Positions 39,452-49,538 of a DNA stretch of 64,000 nt are shown one piece after another. How positions within the stretch are numbered: position 1 is the stretch's first letter; every line of letters begins with the position of its first letter. The DNA comes from Desulfobacterales bacterium (GTDB lineage Bacteria > Desulfobacterota > Desulfobacteria > Desulfobacterales > UBA11574). Under the pieces are notes generated by a model that was given only the letters and a program-made list of their open reading frames with translations, had not been told where the DNA came from and did not search any database. The translations under genes and the position numbers were made by a program. The stretch is taken from contig DATKWE010000114.1 in the NCBI GenBank assembly GCA_035529735.1, forward strand, positions 2,528-66,527, written 5' to 3'.

Positions 39452-40036
39452 ATGAAAAAGATTATTCTTGACATACTTCAAGACAGCATCCGCGTCAAAG
39501 ACCGGTTTATTAAAAATAACATCGATCTCATTGAAAGAGGAGCGGATATCCTCGCATCGGGCATTGTCTCCGGCCACAAAATCCTGATTTTCGGTAATGG
39601 CGGGAGTGCTGCGGATGCCCAGCATATTGCCGCCGAATTCGTTAACCGGTTTCAGATTGAACGGCCCCCCCTTGCGGCGCTGGCGCTTACCACCGACACC
39701 TCCATCATAACCAGCATTGGAAATGATTATCACTTTGACGAAATCTTCTCCAAACAGATTGCGGCCCTGGGAAGAAAGGACGATATTGCCGTGGGAATCA
39801 GTACCAGCGGGAATTCTAAAAATGTTGTCAAAGCCATACGGGCGGCAAAAAATATCGGAATGTTCACCATCGGATTGACCGGTCGCGGCGGCGAGATGGC
39901 GGCGTGCTCGGATCTTGTGTTTGCCGTGGAATCGGACACAACGGCAAGAATTCAGGAAACCCATATCACATTGGGTCATATATTGTGCGACCTTGTGGAT
40001 CGGATTTTGTTTCCGGAAAAATTCAGCGACCCTTAA
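39452..40036 (+). CDS. gmhA: SIS-domain phosphoheptose isomerase (GmhA/DiaA family)
   Basis: 194 aa with GNGGSAADAQHIAAEFVNRF...ISTSGNSKNV. Confidence 0.8.
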   Translation: MKKIILDILQDSIRVKDRFIKNNIDLIERGADILASGIVSGHKILIFGNGGSAADAQHIAAEFVNRFQIERPPLAALALTTDTSIITSIGNDYHFDEIFSKQIAALGRKDDIAVGISTSGNSKNVVKAIRAAKNIGMFTIGLTGRGGEMAACSDLVFAVESDTTARIQETHITLGHILCDLVDRILFPEKFSDP

Positions 40037-40126
40037 CAACAAAAATCCGAATTAAGGAAATCATATAACCGTTTAGTTTTTTGAAAAAAGCTGAATTGTT
40101 ACAAATTCATTAGGTTAGAGAACATT

Positions 40127-41074
40127 ATGCCGAAAAAGTTTGAGCCGATAGATTTGAGCCGGGTGAAAACATACCCGCTTTCACAACGAAAAAGCAAAGT
40201 ATCCACAATGGATTTCGGAAAAACATGGCAAAAAGGCGCCCGTTTCAAGGAATTTCTTGACCGTCTTCCCGACATACTCGCCGGAAGCCATCTCAAGACC
40301 GTCATTTCTGCCATTGTTAACGCTTTTCAGAAAGAAAAAACCATCGTCTTTGCCATGGGAGCCCATGTCATTAAAGTGGGTCTAAACCCCATTGTTATCG
40401 ACCTGATGGAACGCGGTATTATCACGGCCGTCGCAATGAACGGCGCCGGTATCATTCATGATCTCGAACTTGCCATGGCAGGGCAGACATCCGAAGATGT
40501 TTCGGCGTCTCTCGGAGACGGCACCTTTGGAATGGCCCACGAGACGGGCGCTTTCTTATGCGACGCCGTCTCTCTGGCCGGAAAAACATCCGGAGGACTC
40601 GGCGAAACCATCGGTTCCGCCATCATTGAAAAGAGGCTCCCCCATTCAGAACACAGCATTCTCGCTTCGGGTGCACGCCTGGGCATACCGGTTACGGTCC
40701 ATGTCGCATTTGGCACGGATATCCTTCATATGCACCCCGGCTTTGATCCCAATGCAGCAGGGGAAGCGACCCACAGAGATTTTCGCACGTTTGCGTCCGT
40801 CATCGGCACACTCGAAGGAGGGGTTTACCTGAATGTGGGATCTGCGGTCATACTCCCGGAAGTTTTCTTAAAAGCGGTGACGCTGGCACGGAACCTGGGG
40901 CATCATCTCGATCAATTCACAGCGGTGAACATGGATTTCATCAAACACTACCGGCCCATGACCAATGTGGTTAACCGGCCCACAGCCAGAGGCGGACAGG
41001 GCTTTAACCTTACAGGCCACCATGAAATCATGCTGCCGCTGATCGCCGCCGGAGTTATTGAAGCGATCGGGTAG
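40127..41074 (+). CDS. conserved protein, possibly deoxyhypusine-synthase-like fold
   Basis: 315 aa. The segment GAHVIKVGLNPIVIDLMERGIITAVAMNGAGIIHDLELA resembles the DHS family pattern. Weak, by-eye assignment. Confidence 0.35.
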   Translation: MPKKFEPIDLSRVKTYPLSQRKSKVSTMDFGKTWQKGARFKEFLDRLPDILAGSHLKTVISAIVNAFQKEKTIVFAMGAHVIKVGLNPIVIDLMERGIITAVAMNGAGIIHDLELAMAGQTSEDVSASLGDGTFGMAHETGAFLCDAVSLAGKTSGGLGETIGSAIIEKRLPHSEHSILASGARLGIPVTVHVAFGTDILHMHPGFDPNAAGEATHRDFRTFASVIGTLEGGVYLNVGSAVILPEVFLKAVTLARNLGHHLDQFTAVNMDFIKHYRPMTNVVNRPTARGGQGFNLTGHHEIMLPLIAAGVIEAIG

Positions 41075-41078
41075 ATTC

Positions 41079-41098
41079 CCACGGGCTAACGCCCGTGG
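41079..41098 (+). terminator. hairpin CCACGGGC-TAAC-GCCCGTGG (terminator-like, weak U tract)
   Basis: Read directly, just after the stop at 41074. Confidence 0.35.
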
Positions 41099-41156
41099 TC
41101 CTCTGCCAATTATTGATAGGGTTTAAATTTATTGGAAAGATAAGGAGTCGTTTATA

Positions 41157-41387
41157 ATGCCGATTTACGAATATCATTGTGATACATGTGAAAAAGATTT
41201 TGAACGTCTGGTTTTTGGAAACGAAAAGCCCGTTTGCCCGACATGTCACAACAAAAAAGTCAAAAAAATCATGTCCGCATGCACCTTCTATAGTAAAGGC
41301 AGCCATGGTCAAACGGTTAATGCGGCTGCGTCGGCATCATCTTGTGGTGGATGTTCAGCGACCAGTTGTTCGAGCTGTAGTCACTGA
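41157..41387 (+). CDS. FmdB-family zinc-ribbon protein
   Basis: 76 aa, MPIYEYHCDTCEKDFE...CPTCH, with a Cys/Ser-rich tail. Confidence 0.8.
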   Translation: MPIYEYHCDTCEKDFERLVFGNEKPVCPTCHNKKVKKIMSACTFYSKGSHGQTVNAAASASSCGGCSATSCSSCSH

Positions 41388-42334
41388 TGGAAAAAACACT
41401 CAAAATAGGAACCCGGGGCAGCAAACTCGCACTCTGGCAGGCAAACTGGGTTAAATCTGAGCTGAATACCCGGCACCCTTCCCTTTCAGTTGAACTTGTC
41501 GTCATAAAAACCAAAGGGGACAAGATTCTCGATGTACCGCTTGCCAAGGTCGGCGGAAAAGGACTTTTTGTAAAAGAAATCGAAGAAGCGCTTTTAAACG
41601 GCCGCATAGACCTTGCGGTACACAGCATGAAGGATATGCCGTCGGAAATACCGAAAGGGCTGTGCATCGGCGCAATTCCCAAGCGCGAAAATCCGCAAGA
41701 TGTTCTAATTTCAAAAAAAGGACTGCCCCTTTTCCAACTTGAACCCGGCGCCATGATCGGAACCAGCAGTCTTCGTCGTGCCGCTCAGCTTCTCCATGCC
41801 AGACCGGATCTGTGTATATTCCCCCTCAGGGGGAACCTGGACACGCGCCTAAAAAAGCTCGAAACTGAAAATTTTGATGCCATCGTTCTGGCCGCCGCCG
41901 GTGTAAAGCGCTTGGGTCTTGAAAACAGAATAACCGAATTCCTCGACGAAAATATTATGCTTCCGGCCGTTGGCCAGGGTGCCCTTTGTATCGAGATCCG
42001 ACAAAATGATCCCGAGGTGGCGCCGATGGTCGCCAAACTTGAGCACCGTCGAACAAGAGCAATCATCCTGGGTGAACGTGCCTTTTTAAACCGCCTTGAA
42101 GGCGGCTGCCAAGTCCCGATTGCAGCCCACGGAAAAATCGACAACACCCGATTTACCCTTTGCGGTCTTGTGGCCACTGTCGATGGAAAAACCCTCATCA
42201 AAGAGACCTTTTCAGGGCCTGAAGGTTCGGCCGAAACCATCGGCGTAGAACTTGCCGATCACCTGGTTTCCCTGGGGGCGAAAACCATAATGGAAAACCT
42301 TAAATCTGATCTGGATCTAAACCATGAACGGTAA
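41387..42334 (+). CDS. hemC: hydroxymethylbilane synthase (porphobilinogen deaminase)
   Basis: 315 aa with IGTRGSKLALWQANWV and SLRR motifs. Start overlaps the fmdB-like stop (TGATG). Confidence 0.9.
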   Translation: MEKTLKIGTRGSKLALWQANWVKSELNTRHPSLSVELVVIKTKGDKILDVPLAKVGGKGLFVKEIEEALLNGRIDLAVHSMKDMPSEIPKGLCIGAIPKRENPQDVLISKKGLPLFQLEPGAMIGTSSLRRAAQLLHARPDLCIFPLRGNLDTRLKKLETENFDAIVLAAAGVKRLGLENRITEFLDENIMLPAVGQGALCIEIRQNDPEVAPMVAKLEHRRTRAIILGERAFLNRLEGGCQVPIAAHGKIDNTRFTLCGLVATVDGKTLIKETFSGPEGSAETIGVELADHLVSLGAKTIMENLKSDLDLNHER

Positions 42335-43838
42335 AGTCTATCTGGTCGGTGCCGGACCCGGTGATCCGGAGTTGATCACCGTAAAGGGATTGGAATGCAT
42401 CAAGAACGCCGATGTCATTATTTACGATTATCTTGCATCTCCAAGTCTGTTAAAACATGCCCAAGCGCACGCTGAAATCATCTATGTCGGGAAAAAAGGA
42501 GGAGATCACACCCTTTCCCAGGATAGAATCAATGCGCTGATCGCGGAAAAAGCCCAAAAAGGTTTTACGGTCACCCGACTGAAGGGCGGCGATCCATTTA
42601 TATTCGGCCGTGGCGGCGAAGAAGCAGAGGTGCTGATCGACGCCCGAATTCCTTTTGAAATTATCCCCGGTGTCACTTCAGCCATCGCCGCTCCGGCCTA
42701 TGCCGGCATCCCGCTGACACACCGAAAATTTACCTCCACAGTCGCTTTTGTCACCGGACATGAAGACCCTGCGAAAGCGGAATCGAGTATCGACTGGGCA
42801 GCACTTGCCAAGGGGATTGGAACCATTGTCTTTCTCATGGGCGTCAAAAATCTTCCGCATATAACAGACCGCCTCATGCACCACGGTATGCCCCCGGATA
42901 CCCCGGTTGCGCTCGTCCGCTGGGGAACGACCCCCAAACAAACCACTGTTTCAGGAACACTCGATACCATTGTCGAACGCATAAAAGCCGCCGGTCTCAA
43001 ACCGCCGGCCATTATTGTTGTGGGTCATGTTGTAAAATTAAGAGAAAAAATGCAATGGTTTGAAACCCGGCCTTTGATGGGACAATGCATCGTGGTCACC
43101 CGAGCCAGAGAACAGGCCAGTGACCTGGTCAAATGTCTTTCCGATCTGGGCGCCGAGTGTCTCGAATGCCCCACCATAAAAGTTGCCCCGCCGGAGGATG
43201 TAAAACCATTGGACAGGGCCATCGAAAACCTTTCATCTTATAACTGGCTGATCTTTACCAGCGTCAACGGCGTTAACTTCTTTTTTGAGCGGCTTTTTCA
43301 AAAAAACAAAGATGTCCGTGCCTTAAAAGATATCCATACGGCAGTTATCGGTCCGGCAACAGAAAAAAGACTGTTTGATTTTGGGCTCAAAAGCGATATT
43401 GTCCCCGAAAGCTACCGGGCCGAGTCTGTGGTCAAGGCATTCGCCGGAAAAGATGTAACCGGGAAAAAGATACTGCTGCCACGCGCAAAAGAGGCAAGGC
43501 CGGTGCTGCCGTTGGAATTGAAAAAGATGGGCGCCGTTGTTGACGAAGTAGCGGCATACCGTACCCTTGCGGTCAAGGACAACGCCGATGTTCTATCGAC
43601 ACGTCTCAAAGAACGATCCATAGATATGATCACATTTACAAGCTCTTCCACCGCAAAAAACTTCCACGCCCTTTTCCCGACCGAAGATCTAAAGGATCTG
43701 ATGCAGGGCGTCACCATCGCCAGCATCGGTCCCGTTACCGCCGATACCGCACGAGACCTGGGATTTGACGTCCACATCGTTGCAAAATCCTACACCATAC
43801 CGGGACTGTGCGAAGCAATTCTATCCCATTTCAGCTGA
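42324..43838 (+). CDS. cobA: bifunctional uroporphyrinogen-III C-methyltransferase / uroporphyrinogen-III synthase
   Basis: 504 aa. The N-terminal half is a SUMT domain (VYLVGAGPGDPELITVKG). The C-terminal half is HemD-like. Confidence 0.85.
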   Translation: MNGKVYLVGAGPGDPELITVKGLECIKNADVIIYDYLASPSLLKHAQAHAEIIYVGKKGGDHTLSQDRINALIAEKAQKGFTVTRLKGGDPFIFGRGGEEAEVLIDARIPFEIIPGVTSAIAAPAYAGIPLTHRKFTSTVAFVTGHEDPAKAESSIDWAALAKGIGTIVFLMGVKNLPHITDRLMHHGMPPDTPVALVRWGTTPKQTTVSGTLDTIVERIKAAGLKPPAIIVVGHVVKLREKMQWFETRPLMGQCIVVTRAREQASDLVKCLSDLGAECLECPTIKVAPPEDVKPLDRAIENLSSYNWLIFTSVNGVNFFFERLFQKNKDVRALKDIHTAVIGPATEKRLFDFGLKSDIVPESYRAESVVKAFAGKDVTGKKILLPRAKEARPVLPLELKKMGAVVDEVAAYRTLAVKDNADVLSTRLKERSIDMITFTSSSTAKNFHALFPTEDLKDLMQGVTIASIGPVTADTARDLGFDVHIVAKSYTIPGLCEAILSHFS

Positions 43839-44010
43839 GGAAGATCTTACGAAACAGGTCCCTCGAGGGAGAAAAATATGCTTTCCCCATGTGAAATTTT
43901 AAAATGAATCGGCCCGGACGATAATACAAAGACATGTTGACCCGCTCCCATGTTTTAGTGTATCCTTAGTTTTTTTTCCCAAGCACTCAACACAATTAAA
44001 GGGAACCGTC

Positions 44011-45180
44011 ATGGACGACCATCTCGATAAACTCCATGGATTTGTCGATACGATTTCATCCATGAAAGAGATCATTATCACCAACATCGTATTGATCGGA
44101 CAGGTCCCCGCCCCCACATTCAAGGAAAAAAAACGCACCAGTGCCTTCATGGAAAGACTGGCCGAATTCCAAGTTGATGAATGCACCACCGATGGCTACC
44201 GTAACCCCATCGGCATCATCAAAGGGACCTCCGAAAAGAAGCCTCCCATCTTTGTCGTCGCACACCTGGACACCATTTTTAGCAAAGATATCGATCATTA
44301 TTATACCATCAAAGAGAATTCAATAACCGGTACGGGTATCATGGACAATTCTGTGGGCGTGGGCGTCCTGCTCTCTTTGCCGGAAATTTTTCGAAAATTA
44401 AATCTGCGCTTTGAATCGGACATTGTCCTGGCCGGTGTTATACAGTCTTTGGGCAAAGGCAACTTGAGAGGCATCCGGCACCTTTTAAAAACATGGGCCA
44501 CGCCCATCAGAGGGGCGGTCTGTATCGAGGCCGGTAAACTCGGAAGGCTCAGCTACTACACGGATGGAATGATTCGATGTGAAGTCGATTGCAACATCTC
44601 CTCAAACAACGGCTGGGAATTCAAATTCAAGCCCAATGCAATTCTGATTTTAAACGAAGTGATCAACCAGATACTTAAACTCCGGTTGCCCCAAAAACCA
44701 CGATCACGGGTTATTGTCGGAAAAATTTCAGGTGGTTCCAAGCACGGCGTGATTGCATATAACGCAACCCTCGGTTTTGAGATTCAAAGCAACTCCGACA
44801 AAATGGTTAAATCGATTTTCAACAACATTAAGGATATTGTTGAGGGCATCGGTCATGAACATGAAGTCGATTTGAAATTAAAAACATTGAGCAATATCCA
44901 TGCAGCACGGTTAAATTTCGGTCATCCTCTGGTAAAAAGTACGGTTGCCGTGATGAAAAAACTCGATTTAGTACCGATCAGTGAGCCCAGCGAGTCTGAG
45001 CTTTCAATCTTTCTTTCACGTAAAATTCCAGCGGTTACACTTGGAATTACCCGGGGTGAAAACTATCACCAGCAAAATGCCACCGTGGAAATCGAGCCCA
45101 TCTTTAAAGGGATAGCCCAGATTATCGGTGTATTGATGGCCATAGACAGCGGAGGATGTGATGAAGCGCAGTTGGCTTGA
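44011..45180 (+). CDS. M20/M28-type metallopeptidase-family protein
   Basis: 389 aa with family-level similarity (VVAHLDT..., GxxD). Substrate unknown. Confidence 0.55.
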   Translation: MDDHLDKLHGFVDTISSMKEIIITNIVLIGQVPAPTFKEKKRTSAFMERLAEFQVDECTTDGYRNPIGIIKGTSEKKPPIFVVAHLDTIFSKDIDHYYTIKENSITGTGIMDNSVGVGVLLSLPEIFRKLNLRFESDIVLAGVIQSLGKGNLRGIRHLLKTWATPIRGAVCIEAGKLGRLSYYTDGMIRCEVDCNISSNNGWEFKFKPNAILILNEVINQILKLRLPQKPRSRVIVGKISGGSKHGVIAYNATLGFEIQSNSDKMVKSIFNNIKDIVEGIGHEHEVDLKLKTLSNIHAARLNFGHPLVKSTVAVMKKLDLVPISEPSESELSIFLSRKIPAVTLGITRGENYHQQNATVEIEPIFKGIAQIIGVLMAIDSGGCDEAQLA

Positions 45181-46141
45181 AAACAATACCTTCCATTATT
45201 CAGAATTCAACAACCTCAATCGGCTGGTGGAGGAAAAACAACGGAAAAATCTGAAAATTTCTCTGTGCCTGCCCACGCTTAATGAAGAAAAAACCATCGC
45301 AAAAGAAATTCTGATAATGAAATCAGAGCTGATGACGCGCTATCCGCTTCTCGATGAGATCGTTGTTGTCGACTCCGGATCCACAGATAAAACCAGAGAT
45401 ATCGCAAGTGAATATGGGGCGAATGTTTACGAAGCAACAGAAATTCTTCCGAAACTGGAAAATTTCAAAGGCAAAGGGGAAAACCTCTGGAAAGCCCTTT
45501 ATATTACCCAAGGCGATATCATTGTCTACCTGGATGCAGACATAAAAAATATTCATCACAGGTTTGCCTATGGGCTCTTAGGGCCGCTGCTTCTTTTCGA
45601 TCATATCAAATACGTTAAAGCCTTTTATGACCGACCGATTGCCACCGGAAAAAGTAAAATCAGACCCACCGGCGGCGGCCGGGTCACCGAGCTTGTTATC
45701 AGACCGCTGTTCTCTATTTTCTTCCCGGAACTTACACAGATTTTACAGCCGTTATCCGGTGAATATGCTGGATTTCGGGAACTATTTGAAATAATTCCAT
45801 TCCCCATCGGGTATGGCGTCGAAACCAGCATCATTCTCGATATCTATGAAAAATGGGGACTCGATGTCATAGCTCAGGTGGACCTTGACAAGCGGATTCA
45901 CAGAAACCAGGACACAAGGGCGTTGGGAAAAATGTCGTTTGCGATTTTACAGACGTTCATCAGACGTAAAAGAAAATTGGGATTGGTCGATTTTACAGAG
46001 GATCTTTTCGATGAAATGATTCAGTACAACCTTGTAAAAAACGAATACATGCCGGATATTTATAAAATTGAAGGTCACGAAAGGCCCCCCATTATCGAAA
46101 TTCCGGAGTATCGTGAAAAGTTCAAGAAACAGATGATTTGA
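45161..46141 (+). CDS. family-2 glycosyltransferase (glucosyl-3-phosphoglycerate-synthase-like)
   Basis: GGAGG-N5-ATG at 45161. Motifs LPTLNEEKTI, VVDSGSTDKT and DADI. Confidence 0.6.
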   Translation: MKRSWLENNTFHYSEFNNLNRLVEEKQRKNLKISLCLPTLNEEKTIAKEILIMKSELMTRYPLLDEIVVVDSGSTDKTRDIASEYGANVYEATEILPKLENFKGKGENLWKALYITQGDIIVYLDADIKNIHHRFAYGLLGPLLLFDHIKYVKAFYDRPIATGKSKIRPTGGGRVTELVIRPLFSIFFPELTQILQPLSGEYAGFRELFEIIPFPIGYGVETSIILDIYEKWGLDVIAQVDLDKRIHRNQDTRALGKMSFAILQTFIRRKRKLGLVDFTEDLFDEMIQYNLVKNEYMPDIYKIEGHERPPIIEIPEYREKFKKQMI

Positions 46142-46153
46142 TCACGCCATCAA

Positions 46154-46192
46154 GAAAACACGAAATCTTCGATGTTTCGTGTTTTCTTTTTT
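46154..46192 (+). terminator. strong rho-independent terminator
   Basis: GAAAACACGAAA-loop-TTTCGTGTTTTC followed by TTTTTT. Confidence 0.8.
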
Positions 46193-46273
46193 CCGGATCC
46201 TTGTGATATCTTTTATTCCAGTTGAACGTTTGGGTTTCCCGGGGCAAATCCAAATTAAGAGGATACAAAAACA

Positions 46274-47266
46274 TTGCCAGACTCAAAACTGATCGACCGA
46301 TTCAATCGAAATCTGAACTACCTTCGCATATCCATTACCGACCGCTGCAACCTTAAATGTCTATACTGTGTGCCTCGGGATCTGATTCCAAAGCTCCCGC
46401 ACCATGAGGTATTAAGCTATGAAGAGATACTCCGTATTGTCAGGGTAAGCATTGGCCTTGGGATCTCCAAGGTCAGAGTCACCGGTGGAGAACCGCTGGT
46501 TAGAAAAGGTGTTTATCATTTTTTAAAGCAACTGGCCGGAATAGAAGGACTTCTGGATATATCTCTGACCACCAATGGTGTTCTGCTCAAGGATAACATA
46601 CATAGGATCAAATCCGCCGGTATAAAAAGAATAAATATCAGTCTAGACACTTTAAACAGAGAAAAGTATAAGCAAATTACAGGCTACGATTTTTTCGATC
46701 AAGTATGGGAAGGCATAGAACTGGCTCAACGAATGGGATTTTATCCCATTAAAATTAATGTGGTGCCCGTAAAAGGCGTCAACGATGATGAATTGGTAGA
46801 CATTGCCAGACTGTCCATGACCCATCCATTTCACATACGCTTTATCGAATACATGCCCATGGGTTCAAGCCATATGGACATCGACCGCCATTTACTTGCC
46901 CCTGAAATTAAAAAGAACATCGAGCAATTGGGTGAACTTGTCCCGGTTGATAGAAGCACCAATGACGGTCCTGCAGAACGATTCAAGTTTAAATCGGGCC
47001 GAGGAGAAATCGGCTTTATTCACCCCATAAGCCGTCATTTTTGTCAGACGTGCAATCGGTTAAGATTAACCGCAAGTGGCCAATTACGACCCTGCCTGAT
47101 GCAGGACAAACAAGAAGATTTAAAATCGATCATACGAAAAGGCTGCTCTGACAGGGAGCTGGCTGAGGTTTTTCTCGAAGCGGTTCGTCACAAGCCTTTG
47201 GAACACAAGCTTCTGACGGATCACAATGCCGGGAGTGCAGTTCAGATGTGCGCCATAGGGGGCTAA
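46274..47266 (+). CDS. moaA: GTP 3',8-cyclase (molybdenum cofactor biosynthesis protein A)
   Basis: 330 aa. Radical-SAM motif CNLKCLYC and C-terminal CxxCNRLRLT cluster. TTG start. Confidence 0.9.
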   Translation: MPDSKLIDRFNRNLNYLRISITDRCNLKCLYCVPRDLIPKLPHHEVLSYEEILRIVRVSIGLGISKVRVTGGEPLVRKGVYHFLKQLAGIEGLLDISLTTNGVLLKDNIHRIKSAGIKRINISLDTLNREKYKQITGYDFFDQVWEGIELAQRMGFYPIKINVVPVKGVNDDELVDIARLSMTHPFHIRFIEYMPMGSSHMDIDRHLLAPEIKKNIEQLGELVPVDRSTNDGPAERFKFKSGRGEIGFIHPISRHFCQTCNRLRLTASGQLRPCLMQDKQEDLKSIIRKGCSDRELAEVFLEAVRHKPLEHKLLTDHNAGSAVQMCAIGG

Positions 47267-47436
47267 GGGGGCTCAAAAAAAAGGCCTGGGCCGTATCAGT
47301 GGGAGGCTACATTTTCTCGCACAAATCATCGGTTTACGACCCAGGCTGTATAGACGACTTCACCCGAAGGTTTCTTGCCGCGTTTCCGCGTTTCGAGGTT
47401 TGCTAACAGAATAAAAACAATTAATCAAGATTTTTT

Positions 47437-48426
47437 TTAATCTTTTACGTTTATTGACGATCCCATAAGTTTTCGCGTTTTTCTCTTTGAAAAAAAATGG
47501 TGAATACCCACCAGAATCCCTTCAGGCAAAAAGACAAGTACCAGACAAAGAAAAATACCATATGCGATGACGTGATATTGTTTGGCGACATGAAGTGCTT
47601 CGGAAATAAAAGTGAGGATTCCTGCTCCGAAAAGAGAACCCCATAGACTCCCCATCCCGCCGACAATAACCATAGTCACCACCTGGATGGAATAATAAAA
47701 GTCGTAAGAACTGGGACTGATAAACGTAATGTAATGGGCATACAGACTGCCTGAAATAGATGCGAACATGGCGCTCAAGACAAAAACCTTTACTTTATAA
47801 TCGGCCGTATTAACACCCAAAGAGTTTGCTGCCACTTCACTGTCTTTAATAGCCCGTAATGCCCTGCCTACTCTGGAGTTGAGAAGATTTCTGGCCAATA
47901 GCATAAAAAGAAAAACAAAGCTCCAAATCAGGTAAAAATTTTTCAGGTCATTATCAAAGGCCAGACCACCGATAGCAAGCGGTGGTATCCCCATTAAACC
48001 GTCATGTCCCCCGGTGAACTGCTCCAACTCACCCATGAGAATATTGATAATGATACCGAATCCTAATGTCGCCATTACCAGATAGTGCCCCCGGAGCTTT
48101 AGGGATGGGTATCCGATCAGATATGCGATAGCTCCCGTTGCCAGCATTCCCGAGAGCATAGCAGGCCATAAAGGAAATCCGTAGTTTACGGTAAGTGTCC
48201 CTGAAAAGTAGGATCCGAGACCGTAAAATGCAGCATGACCCAATGAAATCTGTCCGGCAAATCCTATGAGCAGATTCAGCCCTACAACCACGATGGTGTT
48301 CAGACCGATCACGTTCAGAACAATAAAATAGTATTTGCTCTCAACAAACACCGGAATAACCATAATGATAACGGCTAGTATTCCGAAACAGAGGTTATCT
48401 TTTTGTTTTAAAAAAGAGTCCATCAA
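47437..48426 (-). CDS. livM: branched-chain-amino-acid-type ABC transporter permease (LivM family)
   Basis: 329-aa multi-TM ORF, last gene of the liv-like set. Confidence 0.8.
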   Translation of the reverse strand: MMDSFLKQKDNLCFGILAVIIMVIPVFVESKYYFIVLNVIGLNTIVVVGLNLLIGFAGQISLGHAAFYGLGSYFSGTLTVNYGFPLWPAMLSGMLATGAIAYLIGYPSLKLRGHYLVMATLGFGIIINILMGELEQFTGGHDGLMGIPPLAIGGLAFDNDLKNFYLIWSFVFLFMLLARNLLNSRVGRALRAIKDSEVAANSLGVNTADYKVKVFVLSAMFASISGSLYAHYITFISPSSYDFYYSIQVVTMVIVGGMGSLWGSLFGAGILTFISEALHVAKQYHVIAYGIFLCLVLVFLPEGILVGIHHFFSKRKTRKLMGSSINVKD

Positions 48427-48572
48427 TTTTCTTTTATGGTAACAGTTTGGTTATTTGAAACACGTCGACTTCAAACGAGCTTCAGCGATGATTAATTCAG
48501 ATGAATTTCGATGAAAATGACCCATCGCCATATATTTTCTTCAAGGCGATAATCCTTAACTGCTGAAATAAG

Positions 48573-49469
48573 CTAAACCCTTTCCGATTCTCCATACCCC
48601 ATAATTCCGGTAGGTTTTAAAAAAAGAACCAAAAGCAGAATGAAAAATGCGATGGCATCCTTATACTGAGAGGAGATCAGGCCTGCACCAAGCGATTCTA
48701 AAATACCCAGGAGTATTCCGCCTAAAATAGCACCCGCAAAGTGTCCATATCCCCCGAGAATAGCTGCTGCAAATCCCTTCAATCCCAACATGATGCCCGT
48801 ATCATAGGACGTCGAGGAAATAGGCGCTATGATCATTCCGGCCACCGCCCCCAACGCACCGCTGAAGGCAAACGAGAATAGGATCATACGATTAACGGAG
48901 ATTCCCGCCAAGGCCGCCGCCCTTCGATTTACCGCTGTTGCACGCATGGCCTTGCCCATTAATGTTTTTTTAAAAAAATAATGGAGCATCAGCATGACCA
49001 TCACGGTAATCGCAAATACCCAGATGTGCTGGGGCACTATGGCTGCTCCCCCCGGGAGATGAATCGGGTTTTCGCCGGAAAAGGCAGGGACACCGACATT
49101 GTCGGTCCCCCAGACCTGCTGAGCTGCACCCCGGAGAATTTCCGATAACCCGATGGTCAAAAAAATAAGCACGATGATCTCCTTTGACCGGGCATGCCGT
49201 ATCGGTCCTATCTCTATAAGGGCGCCGATAAGCGCAACCCCGGCCATGGATATGAAAAAGGAGATGATCAACTGGACTTTGAAAAGAACCACCAAAGAGT
49301 ACATAAACATTCCGCCAAGGGATATGAATTCACACTGGGCAAAATTGACAATTCCGGTGGCATTATGGATGATATTAAAGCCCATGGCCACAATGGCGTA
49401 TATAGAACCAACCGTTAAACCGGTGATAATATATTGGGCGATTTGTTGGGAAAAATCCATCATCATCAT
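48573..49469 (-). CDS. livH: branched-chain-amino-acid-type ABC transporter permease (LivH family)
   Basis: 298-aa multi-TM ORF with the typical QQIAQYIITGLTVGSIYA N-terminus. Confidence 0.8.
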   Translation of the reverse strand: MMMMDFSQQIAQYIITGLTVGSIYAIVAMGFNIIHNATGIVNFAQCEFISLGGMFMYSLVVLFKVQLIISFFISMAGVALIGALIEIGPIRHARSKEIIVLIFLTIGLSEILRGAAQQVWGTDNVGVPAFSGENPIHLPGGAAIVPQHIWVFAITVMVMLMLHYFFKKTLMGKAMRATAVNRRAAALAGISVNRMILFSFAFSGALGAVAGMIIAPISSTSYDTGIMLGLKGFAAAILGGYGHFAGAILGGILLGILESLGAGLISSQYKDAIAFFILLLVLFLKPTGIMGYGESERV

Positions 49470-49538
49470 CTTTTACTCTTCCCTCCCTTGATCTGTCGAG
49501 TTAGGAGAGGGAAGAGTTGAAGTGGTCGTGTTAACTTT